Of a DNA stretch of 64,000 nt, positions 40,294 through 53,579 are shown piece after piece (positions within the stretch are counted from its first letter, which is position 1; each line of letters begins with the position of its first letter). This stretch comes from Paragordius varius (Eukaryota > Animalia > Nematomorpha): the NCBI GenBank assembly GCA_964247055.1, contig OZ176051.1:7936001-8000000 (forward strand). Direction: 5' to 3'. The notes under the pieces are model-generated. The model was not told the DNA's origin. It made no database searches and worked only from the letters and a program-made list of their open reading frames with translations. The position numbers and the translations under genes are program-made.

Positions 40294-42043
40294 TAATGAA
40301 CACAGGATACACGGTCAGTTGGAAGTTTTTATATATACTGAGTATTTAAGTTTTTAAGACTAAATGTAGTTGATTAAGTGAAACAGGAGAACTTAAAGCC
40401 CAGAAGGGGTACCGATTGTACTAATATCAAACCAAGATAATTTGAAACATGAAAGAACATTGTGGTGTGATATTAACAAAACACTAAAAAATTGGTTAAA
40501 GATTTATATCTTAGAATTTTGATTAAATTATTTAGTCTTTGAATTAAAATAAATAATTTTTAAATCCTCTTAAATTTGAATGTTAATGAATATAATTTGA
40601 AAAATGCCATGAATATCTTCAAGGGCATCAAAATTAGGAAAAATAATGTTTACTAATAATATAAAGTGTTTTATACCGTTTCATCATGCTAAAATACCAC
40701 ACTTCAGCAAAATTTTGGGTAATCGTATTTTCTATTAAATATCCAAATGTCATTTAGCAATTTTTTTAACGTGGGATCTAGACCTTGCATCGATTTAAAA
40801 ACTAGCCTATTTTAAAATCATAATAAAATTTCGGATACATCTGAGATAATATGAACAATGTTTGTTTGGTTAAATATATTTTAATTAAAATAAGAGTTTA
40901 TAGAAAAACATAAGTCAAAACACTAATTTTTGATTGTCAGCTTTTTAATAGTTTTTTTTATAAAAAATGAATCGAAAACTAATTTTGAAACGATAGATAA
41001 TAGTATATTCATTAAAACATAAGTAATCCCGTTTTGGTACCTGAGATGAAGAAATAAAATATATTTTTAACTAAATTTTATATTTACCAAATCTATATAT
41101 AAAATAATCTTTATAACTAAGTTTTAAAATTTGATTTAGTGTTAGAACATGTATTATCTCGTCTCAGATACCGAGCAGGCAATCACATGTTTTCAAAATT
41201 TAAGGAGCCAATGTCTTAACAATAAGTTTTTTTGGTGGTTTGGTTTATTTTTTACATTTCACCCATACAATAACCTGATTTTGCATTTTAGACGGATATT
41301 GACGCTTAGATACTTATAAAATTACGGATAGATTAATTTGAACGAAATCACTTTTGAACAATTCAAATTCACCCTAAAAATAATTTGTGTTTTCAGGCTT
41401 ATATCATCATTATAATATGAAATATATCTTTATATAGTTTATTATTTTTTTAGTATTATTTTGATTTAAATCAAAATTTTATTTTTAAAAATATATAGGT
41501 CATTTTTTATCTTAAAAACAAACACAATTTATTTTAAGGTGAATTCGAATTTAAGGGTAAATTTGAACTATAAATGGTATATCATGAATATTCTTAAACA
41601 GCATCTGTTTTTCTATATTCTTTCCATGTCAATTTTTCTGGATTATAAAGATGCTGTTTCCTATCCAGAAAAAAGAATTTTATATTTGCTATCTTATGAT
41701 AATATCTATTTTAATATTTTTTTAGAAAAATTGGCCAATTGCTTATTTTTAATGTAATTTTATGAATAGTACTTCTAAAAATAAAGCTTTTTGTATTGTG
41801 AATCAAAAAGGTGCCTAAAATTTTATGTCATTACATATACCCAAATTATAAGGGTCTTAAATTAATAATCTTCTGTAAAAACTAAGGCATTTTAAAGAAA
41901 TTTTATTTAAATTTACAGCTTTGAAAACTTTATTTTTCCAATAATTTATATTTTAGTTATTATAATAAATAAATAATGATTTCCCGAAATTTAAAAACAG
42001 CTGAATAATCAGTTTTTGGGTTATTTTTCTTATAGTTCAGAAT

Positions 42044-42531
42044 TTAACATCAGGATACAACCATTTATTTCAATTCACCGATTAAAATAGGGGTGTTTGG
42101 GGACCCAGGCCTGTTTATATCAAATATTTTTAAAAATATGGAACAAATTGAAACCATTGCAATTTGCAATTATATAACGTTGATGCACCGAAATTGATAT
42201 TACTCATTTTATGGATAAACTTGAAGATTAAAATTTATCCAACATGTGTGAATCAGCTATATATAAAAATAATGCAAAATTAACCACTTTTTCTGTTTAT
42301 ATCAATGTTGTGAATTAAAGCGTTAAAATAAAATAAACACGATATTCTGCAAAAATGTGTAAAATAAAAATGGCGTCGAAGTAGTTTGATATGGAACTTT
42401 TTATTTCAAAACTAATTTTTATTCTTATTATAATAGAGGCATCGCTAAATGAAACCCTTTCTAAGTAGTTTTTAAAATTATCAAATATAGTCTGGGGTCA
42501 CTAGATACCCCAATTCGAATTGAAGTGTTAA
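42044..42531. mobile_element. piggyBac-like MITE, copy 3 (more diverged)
   Basis: TTAA-CATCAGGATAC... to ...GAAGTG-TTAA; core aaaaatggcgtcgaagtagtttg at ~42368. Confidence 0.75.
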
Positions 42532-43548
42532 AAGTTAAGTATCTCTATCCAAAAATACCAATATTCAAAAAACATTTTTAAAGCTAAATTTACACAGTAT
42601 GACTAACATTTGTGCATTTTAAAATGATTCTATCATTATTTGGAACGTGCGCATATAAACAATGAAAACGATGCTTCGTTGGACACTACACTATTAGATT
42701 TACTTTAATGGAGCCGATAATTAATTTATTAATTTTTGAATGCCAATATGTCTGAACAAAGTATTAAGTTGGCTCAAAACACAAACATAATAAAAATGAC
42801 ATTAAAAATTATATTTTAACCATTTTTTGTATAAAATCTAAATTTTTTACATAATATAAAATTGACTCTGGCCTGTTTGTTGTTTTAGGGAAAATAATGA
42901 GTCATTATCATTCAATTAAAAAAATGAACAATACGGGGGTTTTTGTTTCACAAAATATTTAATGATTATTATATATAATAAAATATTAATTATAAGCTCT
43001 ATCACGTATTGATTTGCTTAATATAAAAAATATTGATGAGATTCCCTTCCATATGTCATCTCATTATTATCATCGAAAGAAACATGGGAAATATAAACCA
43101 ATATTTTTAGCTTGCGAAAATTGCGTAAGCGTGTAAAAAAACAGAATCTCAAAAATGTTTTTATGATTTTATTTACATATATATATTTTTTTATTTGTTT
43201 TGGTTCCAACAATTAGGGAATATAATATCATATATAATACTGATAATAAATCACATTACATAACAACAAAGATTAAAGGGGAATTCGGAATTCGATATTT
43301 ACATATTTAAATTGTAACATATATAATAATACACTAATTTCTTTATATTGAAAAATTGCATAAATTACTTTAATGACTTAATTATATTTTAAACGGTTTA
43401 ACTTACTACTTATGATTTTTGTGATAACAAAAAAAAACATTTCACAATATCCTATATGATTATTTTATATTCCACATTCTTACATTTAACAGGAAACCCA
43501 ATAATTATTCTACATTGTGATTAAAAAGTTAGCATATACTGTTTTGTT

Positions 43549-46500
43549 ATGGCCAATATATCACCGTTCCTTAAAGATATCGAAAATTTTTCCAAAAACC
43601 GTTTGCGAAAAGTCCAAACCAAAGTCATTACGGCTAATGGACAACGATTGGTTGAAACGAAAGATGCACAGTATGTTTCCTAATTACCTTAATTTTATTG
43701 GATTTATAAACATGTCTGAATATGAATATTTACAAAGCATAATATTTGTTTTTATATTTATTTTTCCATTGTTACATGAGTGGGAAAACTTGGTTAAACT
43801 ACACCACCCATTATTGAGAAGAGCTTATATGTCATTGCTTTAAAAAATTTTTATCCCAGTAATAGCTTGAATTTATCAGTGGGCAAAGCGCTAAACCAGG
43901 GGTGTTCAACAACCTGCGAGAAATTTTGCAAAATTTTACAAAAACTTGGAAAAAATTAACAAATTTTTTGAATGTCCTTATTTGGCAATGAACTAGCAAA
44001 AATTGTAAAATAAATTGTAATTTTTACAATTGATAAAATCTAATTAAATATTTGTTAATTCCCATATATTTTTTAAATGGAGCCCGCAAAGCCATTTGTG
44101 TTGACCCCTGCTCTAAACATATATGAGAGCAATACAAAAGGTGTGTTTATATAAGAAATATTTAATGTTAAATCCATATTTACAGTATACGTAATTGATT
44201 TAGATGACCATTTAACAAGACTAATCATCTTATAAAAACATATATATATTTTACTCTAATTCAGGATGTTTAACACAGATTTCGCATGCTGCTTATAATT
44301 TTTGTTTATTAATTTTAAGCTCAACTTCGGATGATATATTTAATATATAGTAAACTTTTGATTGAAATTCAATTTTTTTTTAACATTTTTTATAGCACTT
44401 CGGTCTCGTTTTCTTTCCTCTTTTGCGTTTGACATTATTGTGTTTCTCTAAGGAATCGGACCGATTATGCTAAAATATGTAAACACCTCTAAGATATATT
44501 GGGAGTTATTTGTATTAATTATAAGATACTACGAAAATCAGTTTTAAATTTACCAATATATGTTGTAATAAGAAGCTACCACAAATGCTATGAAAAGAAA
44601 AGCATAATGCTAAATATCGAGCCCATGATATATAATTCTGTGAGATATTTTTAAATCGATAATTATATCGTAAACATAATTTTCGCAATTATAAATATAT
44701 ATTTTTGGCGTTATAGGTAAATGCATAATTCCGGGAGTGCACCGTTATTTACTAGTCTTATAGCGCGAAGGCTTTAGGTGTTTGCTTATATTTTGGATTT
44801 GTATTTTTAACAGTTAAAAATTTAGTGATTTAAGAATTTACATAGAAAAATACCAATTAAGGTTTATTATTTTAATATTTTCACTTAATTATTGCGTTCG
44901 AGATAAAACCGGCAACTCATGGACTTGAAATTGGAGATAATGTTTTAGCATCAGCATAAGTATTTATCACTTTCTAAAAGATAATTGTATACTCGTATAA
45001 ACTTGCACAGTTGTAGTAAATCAATATTAAATATTTTTTTTCTATTTTAATATAGAGGCAATATCATTGTGAAAACAGAGGATGGAAAAATCGTACCGAG
45101 TCAAGAATCTCCGCCAGATAAAGTGTCGGCCCCTAAACCCAAACAGTCGACCATAAATGGGACACAACCTGTTAACACGAATGAAACGGTCGGCGAAGAT
45201 AATGAAGAATTAAATACTATTAAATCTGGCCTTGCGCGTAGTCGATTAGATCGTCAGGCCAGCATTGATGCAATAAAATCTAGCACAAGTATAAAAAATA
45301 AATTGGGCGCTTTTGCAGGAGGTGGAACCCCAACACCTGAAAAATCGGCTTCTGCGACATTTCGCAAATCTCCGGGTGAGCGGACCAAATAACATATAAA
45401 TTTGGTTTTCTTAAAACTAGATATTAGGTTTGATTAAACTCAAGTATTTTATAACTTAAAAAATAATCTATATATCCATATCTAAATTTACGTATTATCC
45501 AAGCACTAATTTAATATTTGATTTTGATTACAGGAAATTTGCCTAAACCTGATCAATCTTCAGGTTCACAAAATTCTGATAAAGCACCCCCACCTCCTCC
45601 AATAATAAAAGCTCCAATTAAATCGAACATTCAAACTACCATTGCAAGTTCCTCTAAACCCACTCAGGAATCAGATCAAAGTTCGACAGATATCATAACT
45701 CAACGTTTACAAAGTGGAAAACAAATTGTTGAAATACTTCCTGGCATCGTTATGGGTAATTCTTCCTAAACTTACTCTAATTGGGAAAAAAATATTGAAT
45801 TTATTAATTTTTGCTAATAATTTTTATTATTTAGGATTCAAAGATTTGAAAGAACGGTTGCCAGATCTGTCTGGGATCGGAGTTACGCATGTTCTAAATT
45901 TCCTTCCCAGATTAACGTTAGATAATAGCAGTCAAAAGAGTTTTTTTTATAAAAAGGTTGGATTAGTTAATATATTTTTTACGATGATTAATCATTTATG
46001 ATTTATGCATTTAATTTTTCCCATGTTAATACATACCAATTAATCATTCGGTTTTATTAAGGTTGATATCGCTGATACACCTCTCACTGATATTCGGCAA
46101 TATTTTCAAGAATGTTTTGATTTTATTGATGAAGCAAAGAAATATAAAGGAGCCGACGGAGCGAACGGGAAAGTGCTGTTATTTTGTAACGAAAACGAAT
46201 CCATATCATCTTGTATTCTGCTAGGTTAATATAATATATTTATTGTTTTCGAAGAATAATTATATCAATTTATTATATAAAATGGTGCGTAATTAATAAT
46301 ATATATATTATTATTTGAAATCGTGTTAAAAGAAAGATTTCGAATATTTTTATATGGATTGTATGTTTACATTTTAACAAAATTTTAATTCAAAGCCTTA
46401 TTTTTCAAAGCCTAATTAATTATTCTGTCATACTTTCGATGATATTTCGAAATATTAGAATTACAGCTTAAATATTACTTGATTTATGCTAAACAATGGC

Positions 46501-49500
46501 TCTAAATTTTCGGAAGTAATCAATGGTTAATTAAAGATAACTCGAATAATTAATTATATGTTAAATTGATTTCTCAATAATTTTTTATATGGTTTCAATG
46601 TGAAATTTCTGATTGGACTGTTATATTTAAATGGTATCATTATTTAATCGCTATAATATTATAAAGCTATCCAAAAACGATATTGAACTGTTTATAATAA
46701 ATCCTAAACTGCTGAAAAATTTTTGTTATTTTTATCTCTTTCAAATATATTCTATTTAAGTTAGAATATATTTACTCAATTTAGAGCACACTTTCAATTA
46801 TCTTGTTTGAAATAAAGTGCCGTAATTAGAAATATTATTAGGTTAAATAATAATATACTCGGCATTTTATTCGAATTGCTTTATAAGTTGTGTAAACGGT
46901 AATGAAAAAATACACGGTTTCGATATCAATTCCTACCTTTTTCATTTATAGGTTATCTAATCAAAGTGTTAGGGAAAAGTTATTCGGACGCTTACAATCT
47001 CTTGCACGAAAAACGGCCAGGGGCTAAACCAAGCGAAAATTTTCTTCGACGTCTCAAACATTTCGAAAAAGATTTAGAGGAAGATGAACTCTTCACAAAC
47101 CTTGGAGATGATGATCTTGAAGCTTTAGCCAAAGAATTAGATTCTGACTTGGATACAAGTGAAAAATCATCGAAATCGCCTAGTCCCTCAGCCACAAAAT
47201 TTAAACCACCACCTAATACAACAAATACGAAAACTGCTTTTGTACCTAAATCTAATGCAGGTATTATACTATAATACAGTAAAAAACAAAAAAATATTTG
47301 CTTTAAAGTCTCCTTAAATTATAAATGGTTTAATAGGTATACAAATAACGTTTTCATACATCCTTTTAACCAATATTCTTAATAAACGCACCCATAATAT
47401 GCTCCTGCTGATCATCATCTGATAGTTTATGACTATTTTCGAGTTTTTATAATCATCAATTTCATTTTATTAAATATTTTTCAATATAATCAATTTGTTT
47501 ATTATGAAAATGTAAATATTAATTTAAAGTGGATTCAAAAAAATAAATTACCTCCTTACTTAAAGGGTTATGATGCGGATATTTACATGTTTTTTCACAA
47601 TCGACCTTTATTATCCGAGAAGGTTTTTAATATAGATAGATATAATTTATATTGCCTAATTCCAATAAAATCACGGTTTTAAGCATCGATATTTTTCGAA
47701 CGTGTCCTTCATTTTGATAAAAATTGATCTAGGGACTGTACAATCATCACCAATCCCAGCACCACCACCTCCCCCACCCCTTCCTAAATCGAGAACACCG
47801 TCACCCACATTCAAAAAGGGTCTGACCACTGAAAAATCTAATACAATCACTTCTGTTGCTCAATCTAAACCAAATACACCGGCTTCAAATGTAACTGCAA
47901 ACACAACAAGCTCAGTGTCAAAACCACAAGAAAATCTTATCAAAAAACCAGAAGAAGATTCTAAAAAGAAACGACTTTCACAGGTTTTATACATTACATT
48001 TTCTTAAGCGAAGTTACTAATGTATATATTGCATGAATGTTATTAACTCTTGAGTAAATCTTAAGACTCTTATCAAAATTTATTATTTAGATAAATAAAT
48101 AAGTCGTTTATCGCATGTGATATATCTTTGGTTATTGAAAATCGTGCTCAGTTGAAAATGAATGCCTCTCATAAATTTAAAAGATTTTATAGAGCTACAT
48201 AAAAGTCATAGGTTCTATTTAATTGTGTTTATAATAAAATAAATGTTTCTAAAATGATTCTAAAGGGTTCTAAAAAATGATTTTCAAGTTTCGAATGGGA
48301 AAAGTTAATACTTAAATTGATAACCCGAACCGCTTTACAAGATTTTTAATAAGCATATAAACTATAAAATATTGTTGTATGCTTTATTATAAAATAAAGG
48401 TAAATAATAAATGAATTTATAAAATATTGCTTGAGCCCATTTATACCGCAGTTCCACTAAAAGAATAATTTGCTTTAAAATTAAATTTTAATCCCTGTAT
48501 TTAGTTATGTACATTAAAAAAATATTATGCGCCAAATTCAGAGTCAAACATAGTTTTTTTTCGTATTTTTGGATACAGAAACTACCACCTTTTAGATATG
48601 TAAAATTTGGGGTCATGTTTCAAATTTGGAAAATAAATAAATGAAATTTCTAATAGTCAACTGTTTTTAAGAAAAATTTGCTATAAAATTTTTATTTATA
48701 AATCAAAATATCTTATAAGTTAGTTTTTGAAAATCTTAACTTCATATATTACTAAGGTGACCAGACGTCCCGCTTTTGGCGGGACAGTCCCGCTTTTTCA
48801 CACTTTGTCCCGCGTCCCGCTACGTTTTTGAAATGTCCCGCTTTTTCACGATTATATAAAAAAAATTTTTTTAATACAAATAAAGTTTTTTTATCCGTTT
48901 AAATTTTTTATCATTAAATATCTTTAAAATCTATATAAATTTTAAACTAAAATTTTTTATTTTTAGATAAAAATATTTATTTTTTTTCGAATTTATATCA
49001 TATGATTATACACTTTCCTTCCTACTACTACTGTGATCATTATCAAAAAGATAAATTTTTACCATAAATCGGTACCTTACACGTTTATTCCAGAAATTTA
49101 AGGTAACATAATATTTATTATACCAATTTTTTAGTTTTATTACTTCCCAACATTAGCCAAATTGATACCACAAATCGGTAGCTTATAAGACAAATTGATA
49201 CCACAAATCGGTACCTTACACGTTTATTCCAGAAAATTATGGTAATATAATATTTATATAATAGTTGTTTATAAATATGAGTACAAAAAGAGGTTGTAAC
49301 AACGATGAATTAATGAAAGATTTTCTTTTCATCAAAAAACGAAGAATGAATCATCTGTTATATGTCTTATATGCGAGGGGGAATTCACCCTAGCACATGG
49401 CGGCAAGCATGATATTACAAAGCATATGGAAACACAGAAACAGAAAAAATGTTTAGATATGGCGGCATCATTATACAAAATGAGCGATTTATATCGAAAA

Positions 49501-52500
49501 ACCGCTTTTGGAGAGGAAGAAAAGAATTTGGCACTAGCTGAGGGCGTGTTATCTTTTCACGCCGTTAATCACAATCATTCCTTTAGATCTATGGACTGTA
49601 CCTCACAGGTTATTCACACGGTATTCCATAAAAAATTTAATGTGCCCGTACAAAGGCTGAAGCCATTGTGTGCAATGTCCTTTCGCCACATGCATTTTCT
49701 GAAATACAAAAAGATTTGCTAAAAATTAATTTCTTATCTTTAACTGATGCATCAAATCACCATGAAACAAAATTACTTTAATAAGATATTTTGATTCAGC
49801 AACCGGAGTAAAAATTAAAATTTTAGATTTAATTTATCTAACTGAAAATTCCGAAATAATATTTACTTCAATATTGCATATTCTAAAAAAAAATAATTTA
49901 AAAGACAAAATTATCGCATGTTGAGCTGACAACACACCAATACGAACTTTTTTGGAAAAGCAAGAAGGGGAACAAAAAATATTTTTCACAAATTAACAAA
50001 GAATCTTAATCAAAACATTATTGGCGTTGGGTGTGTACAACGCTTACCCTTAGATGTGGAAAATGTAGTTGTTAAAATATATTCCTATTATTATATATAC
50101 ACGGTACGTGTTGAAACGCTTAAAGAATTCTGTGAAAATGCAGAAGTTCAATATCAAAAAATGCTTGGATATTGTAAAACTCGTTGGTTAGCTTTTATGC
50201 CAGCTATCGAAAGAATTATAAAAATGTATGATCCTTTAAAATCTTTTTTATCACAGGACAAATGTCATACAACTTTAAAAAATATTTTGAAAGTGATTCT
50301 TCAAAAATATGGTTAGAATTCTTGCATAATCAAGCTTCTCTCTTTCAAAATGATATTAAATTAATAGAAGGTGACAAAATTTCGGCAATCGGAGTAGCCA
50401 ATGAAGTTAGTAACCTAAAATTCCAATGTCAAGAACGGTTAAAAAATAATTTTATACCATATTCGCAATATAATAATTTAGAAAAACAAGGCTTAATAAA
50501 TCGCCAAGATATCCTATACCATATAAAAATGTTTTATACAAACTGTAAAGATTATTTGGAAGACTGGACGACGCAATACAATGAAATTGATCATTTTCAT
50601 TGGATAACATTAAAATCAGAATTTAATTGGTGCGATGTTCAAAAATCGTTTGATTATATCTGCTCCCAAAAATTTTCAAAAAACAATCTTTCAGAAAATG
50701 ATCTTTTTTCTGAAGTATCATTAGTTTAAAGATATATTAATAATGAAAAACTTATGTGGACAAAAGAAAAATATACAGCAGAAAAGAAATGGTTGGAAAT
50801 ATTTCATCATTTTGAAGCCAACTATATATACAATAATATTTTAATTGTGGAATTTGCCCTATCTTTCCTGGAACCAACGCTGCTACTGAGCGCGTTCAAA
50901 TTTAAATGTTGAAACTTTGAAGGCCGTTTTATCTGTCAAATATAATTTGAGAAATTCTTGTGAAGACTTCTACAATATTTTAAAAAATGATGACAATCTG
51001 CTAAAGCATTAACTCAAACAAAAAATATATCAAAGAATAAAATATTTTCTTTAAAGTTTTTATGTTACAAAATAAACAAAATTACTTAAAATATTGTATA
51101 AGTCTTCATAATTTGTCAAATTATATTGGAACACATAAAATTGCTTTTATTCAACATTTAAATTTGATTCCGTGTCCTTACTTAATTTACTGTGAAAAAA
51201 CGCGTTCAATAGCAGTGGTTCAGGTAAAGATAATGCAAATTCTACAATTAAAATATTATTGTATGGAACATAATTTGTTTAAAAATGATTATTTTAACCA
51301 TTTCTACCCTACGTATTTTTTTCTGTTGTCCATAATATAAGTTTTCATTCAATATATTTATTTAATAATGAGACTTCATAAAAAAGTGTCATTGTCCACC
51401 GTCTTGTCTTCCATATAATCGTTTCTGTTTGTATAAAACATTATAATTTGGCTATTCACTGAGCCTTGTTTTTCTGGATGCATAATATTGCGATTAGGTA
51501 ATGGTACAAAATTATCTAACTTTTTTGACTTAGAATTTTGACCTTTGTCCTGTGATAAAAAATAGGATTCTAGGAGATCACATTTTTATAAATATTTCAA
51601 TCGCTGGCAAAAGAGCTAACCACAGTTCTACAATATCCAAGCATTTTAACATCTATATTTTCCACATCCAGGGGTAACAAATCAGTAGCTGTTTGAATAG
51701 CGTTGTGTATCTGCCAATAATGTTTTGATTAAAATTATTCGCTAAATTGTTAAAAATATTTTTTGTGCCGCTTCTTCTATCACCCAGCGCACTTTGTGAT
51801 GATTTCGTCTTTATTATTTTTTTCTAGATTATTTCAATCACTTCACCCTTTGTTCGAGCACATGTAAATTTATTGAATAAGATACAAACGACCTGTGAAG
51901 TACAAATTTTTTTACATTTATAATGTATTTGTGTTAAAAATAAATAAATATTACAATAAATTTTTTGTATAAAAATTTTTGGTTATACCCCCCAATGACC
52001 CCCCTCTCAGATTTGTCCCGCTTTTTCCTTCAAAAAATCTGGTCACCTTATATATTACATATGTGAATAATCGATCGGTATCCTATGAAATAAATCATAA
52101 GAGAGAATTTATAACAAAATTTTAAAATATTTTATATTTTGAATCTAAAATATACATTTAAATATAAAAAAGGCTTCCATTAAAAGTCTTATTTTTGCAT
52201 TTCATGAGTTGGAAGGGTCGGGTCGATCACGGTTTTACCTCAAAAAGTTCAGAAACTAGGACAAAAATCAAGCGTTTTCTGATGCTTTATATAGATTTTT
52301 ATATTTTAAAATTTCCATATAAAATATAAATTTTTGAGGTCTTTTTTGATTTTTCCATTTTAGACGTTTTATTTTATAGATGTCGAATATCGACACAAGT
52401 TTATGTATTATGGAGTTTACAATCAACTAAAGTTTTGTCAATTTGATTTACCAATAAATTTTATAACATTGTTAAAAAAAGGCTTTTGCCTAAATTCAGT

Positions 52501-53024
52501 TTTGTATATTATTCTCCTATTATTCAACGTTTCTAAGTAGGTCTTTCTAAAAGACGAAAATTAGTTGTGGACTCTAAATTAGGCTAATTAAAAAACTATC
52601 ATAAAAACTATCTTTTTATGACTAATACAATAACCTTCACACCTAACCTATTAATTGTTCCATAAATTTTTGTTATTAACCATCTATCATTAACCGACAT
52701 TAACATGTATGTATCAATTGATAAATTTTGCACATAAAGCTTACACCATCTAACATCAAACCCACTAACACATCTGCATCGTATGCTGCAACAAATAAAT
52801 TTAACCAAAATAAAAACTTAACAACATATAATAATAATCCTTCTACAGCTCGGGGGCTACAAACCAGCTTGGGGCTGAATAAAGCAGGACAAAAAGACAA
52901 TACAAAATCTATCAAAAGATCTAATTCTTCATCTAGTTCCTCGTCAAGCTCTGATACATCATCAACAACATCGAATTCAAGTAGTTCATCATCCACCTCA
53001 ATATCTAGCAATAGTTCAAAATAA
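43549..53024 (+). CDS. DUSP19: DUSP19-like atypical dual-specificity (pseudo)phosphatase, 8 exons, ~597 aa
   Basis: Exons 43549-43670, 45056-45375, 45534-45755, 45835-45956, 46062-46224, 46952-47260, 47733-47983, 52740-53024 (1794 nt, in frame). The N-terminus FLKDIENFSKNRLRKVQTKVIT resembles DUSP19; DSP fold motifs are VTHVLN, YFQECFDFIDEA and KRPGAKPSENF. The last exon is less certain. Confidence 0.72.
43897..44110. mobile_element. hAT/Charlie-like MITE (214 bp) in DUSP19-like intron 1
   Basis: CAGGGGTGTTCAAC...GTTGACCCCTG ends; 8-bp TSD cgctaaac/ctctaaac (7 of 8 match). Confidence 0.75.
48753..52050 (+). mobile_element. hAT DNA transposon (Blackjack-like ends), 3298 bp, transposase disrupted
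   Basis: Perfect 13-bp TIR TAAGGTGACCAGA and perfect 8-bp TSD TATATTAC (48745-52, 52051-58); subterminal gtcccgcttttt repeats. Frameshifted transposase pieces at 49426-50729 (FRSMDCTS, CKTRWLAFMPAIER). Confidence 0.93.
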
Positions 53025-53579
53025 TTGATCCTACTTTTTTTTCCTACATACTAACTAACTACAATTACGATTGATTTGACGAATAAAATGCAATACTGTT
53101 GTGTGATATACATTTTTTTAGACATAAGTCCATATCTTTTGAAAATTTATCACAATCTTGAATACATTAGTAATCATACATTGCTAGTTTTTATTTAAAT
53201 ATTGCCACATAGCATATGGAGCTAAGAGCCTTATTAATAGCAGTAAAAAGCGAAAAATATTTTTAAGCCAATTTTACTGACCTTTTTTATATATGCTATT
53301 AGTTAATAATTAATGAAAAACTAGCAATGTATCCTCCAGTGATGAATATAATATTTTTAAAAAGTTTAAAATTCGGTGCTAAAAGTCCCAACTTATTACA
53401 TATTATCTTAGAAAAATATTATTAATAATTAGTATATAATTTATTAATGTACTTTTGAAGCATCACAACAAACACAATCATGTATAAACTAGCTCATTGA
53501 ATATAAATACGCAATATTTCTATGCAATACTTTTTGGTAAAAATTAAATAAATGAATGACTCAATAATAATCAAACATT

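Noticed and set aside
43517-43843. 108-aa ORF in the track
   Set aside because: Wrong frame; the DUSP19-like exon 43549-43670 is in another frame and ends at a gtatgt donor.
44900-44960. IKPATHGLEIGDNVLASA, superficially Tudor-like, as a possible extra DUSP exon
   Set aside because: Ends in a stop in that frame, and exons 1 and 2 already join in phase.
52700-53011. Acidic minus-strand ORF (DDELLEFDVVDDVSELDEELDEEL)
   Set aside because: Antisense reading of the poly-Ser exon assigned to the DUSP19-like gene.
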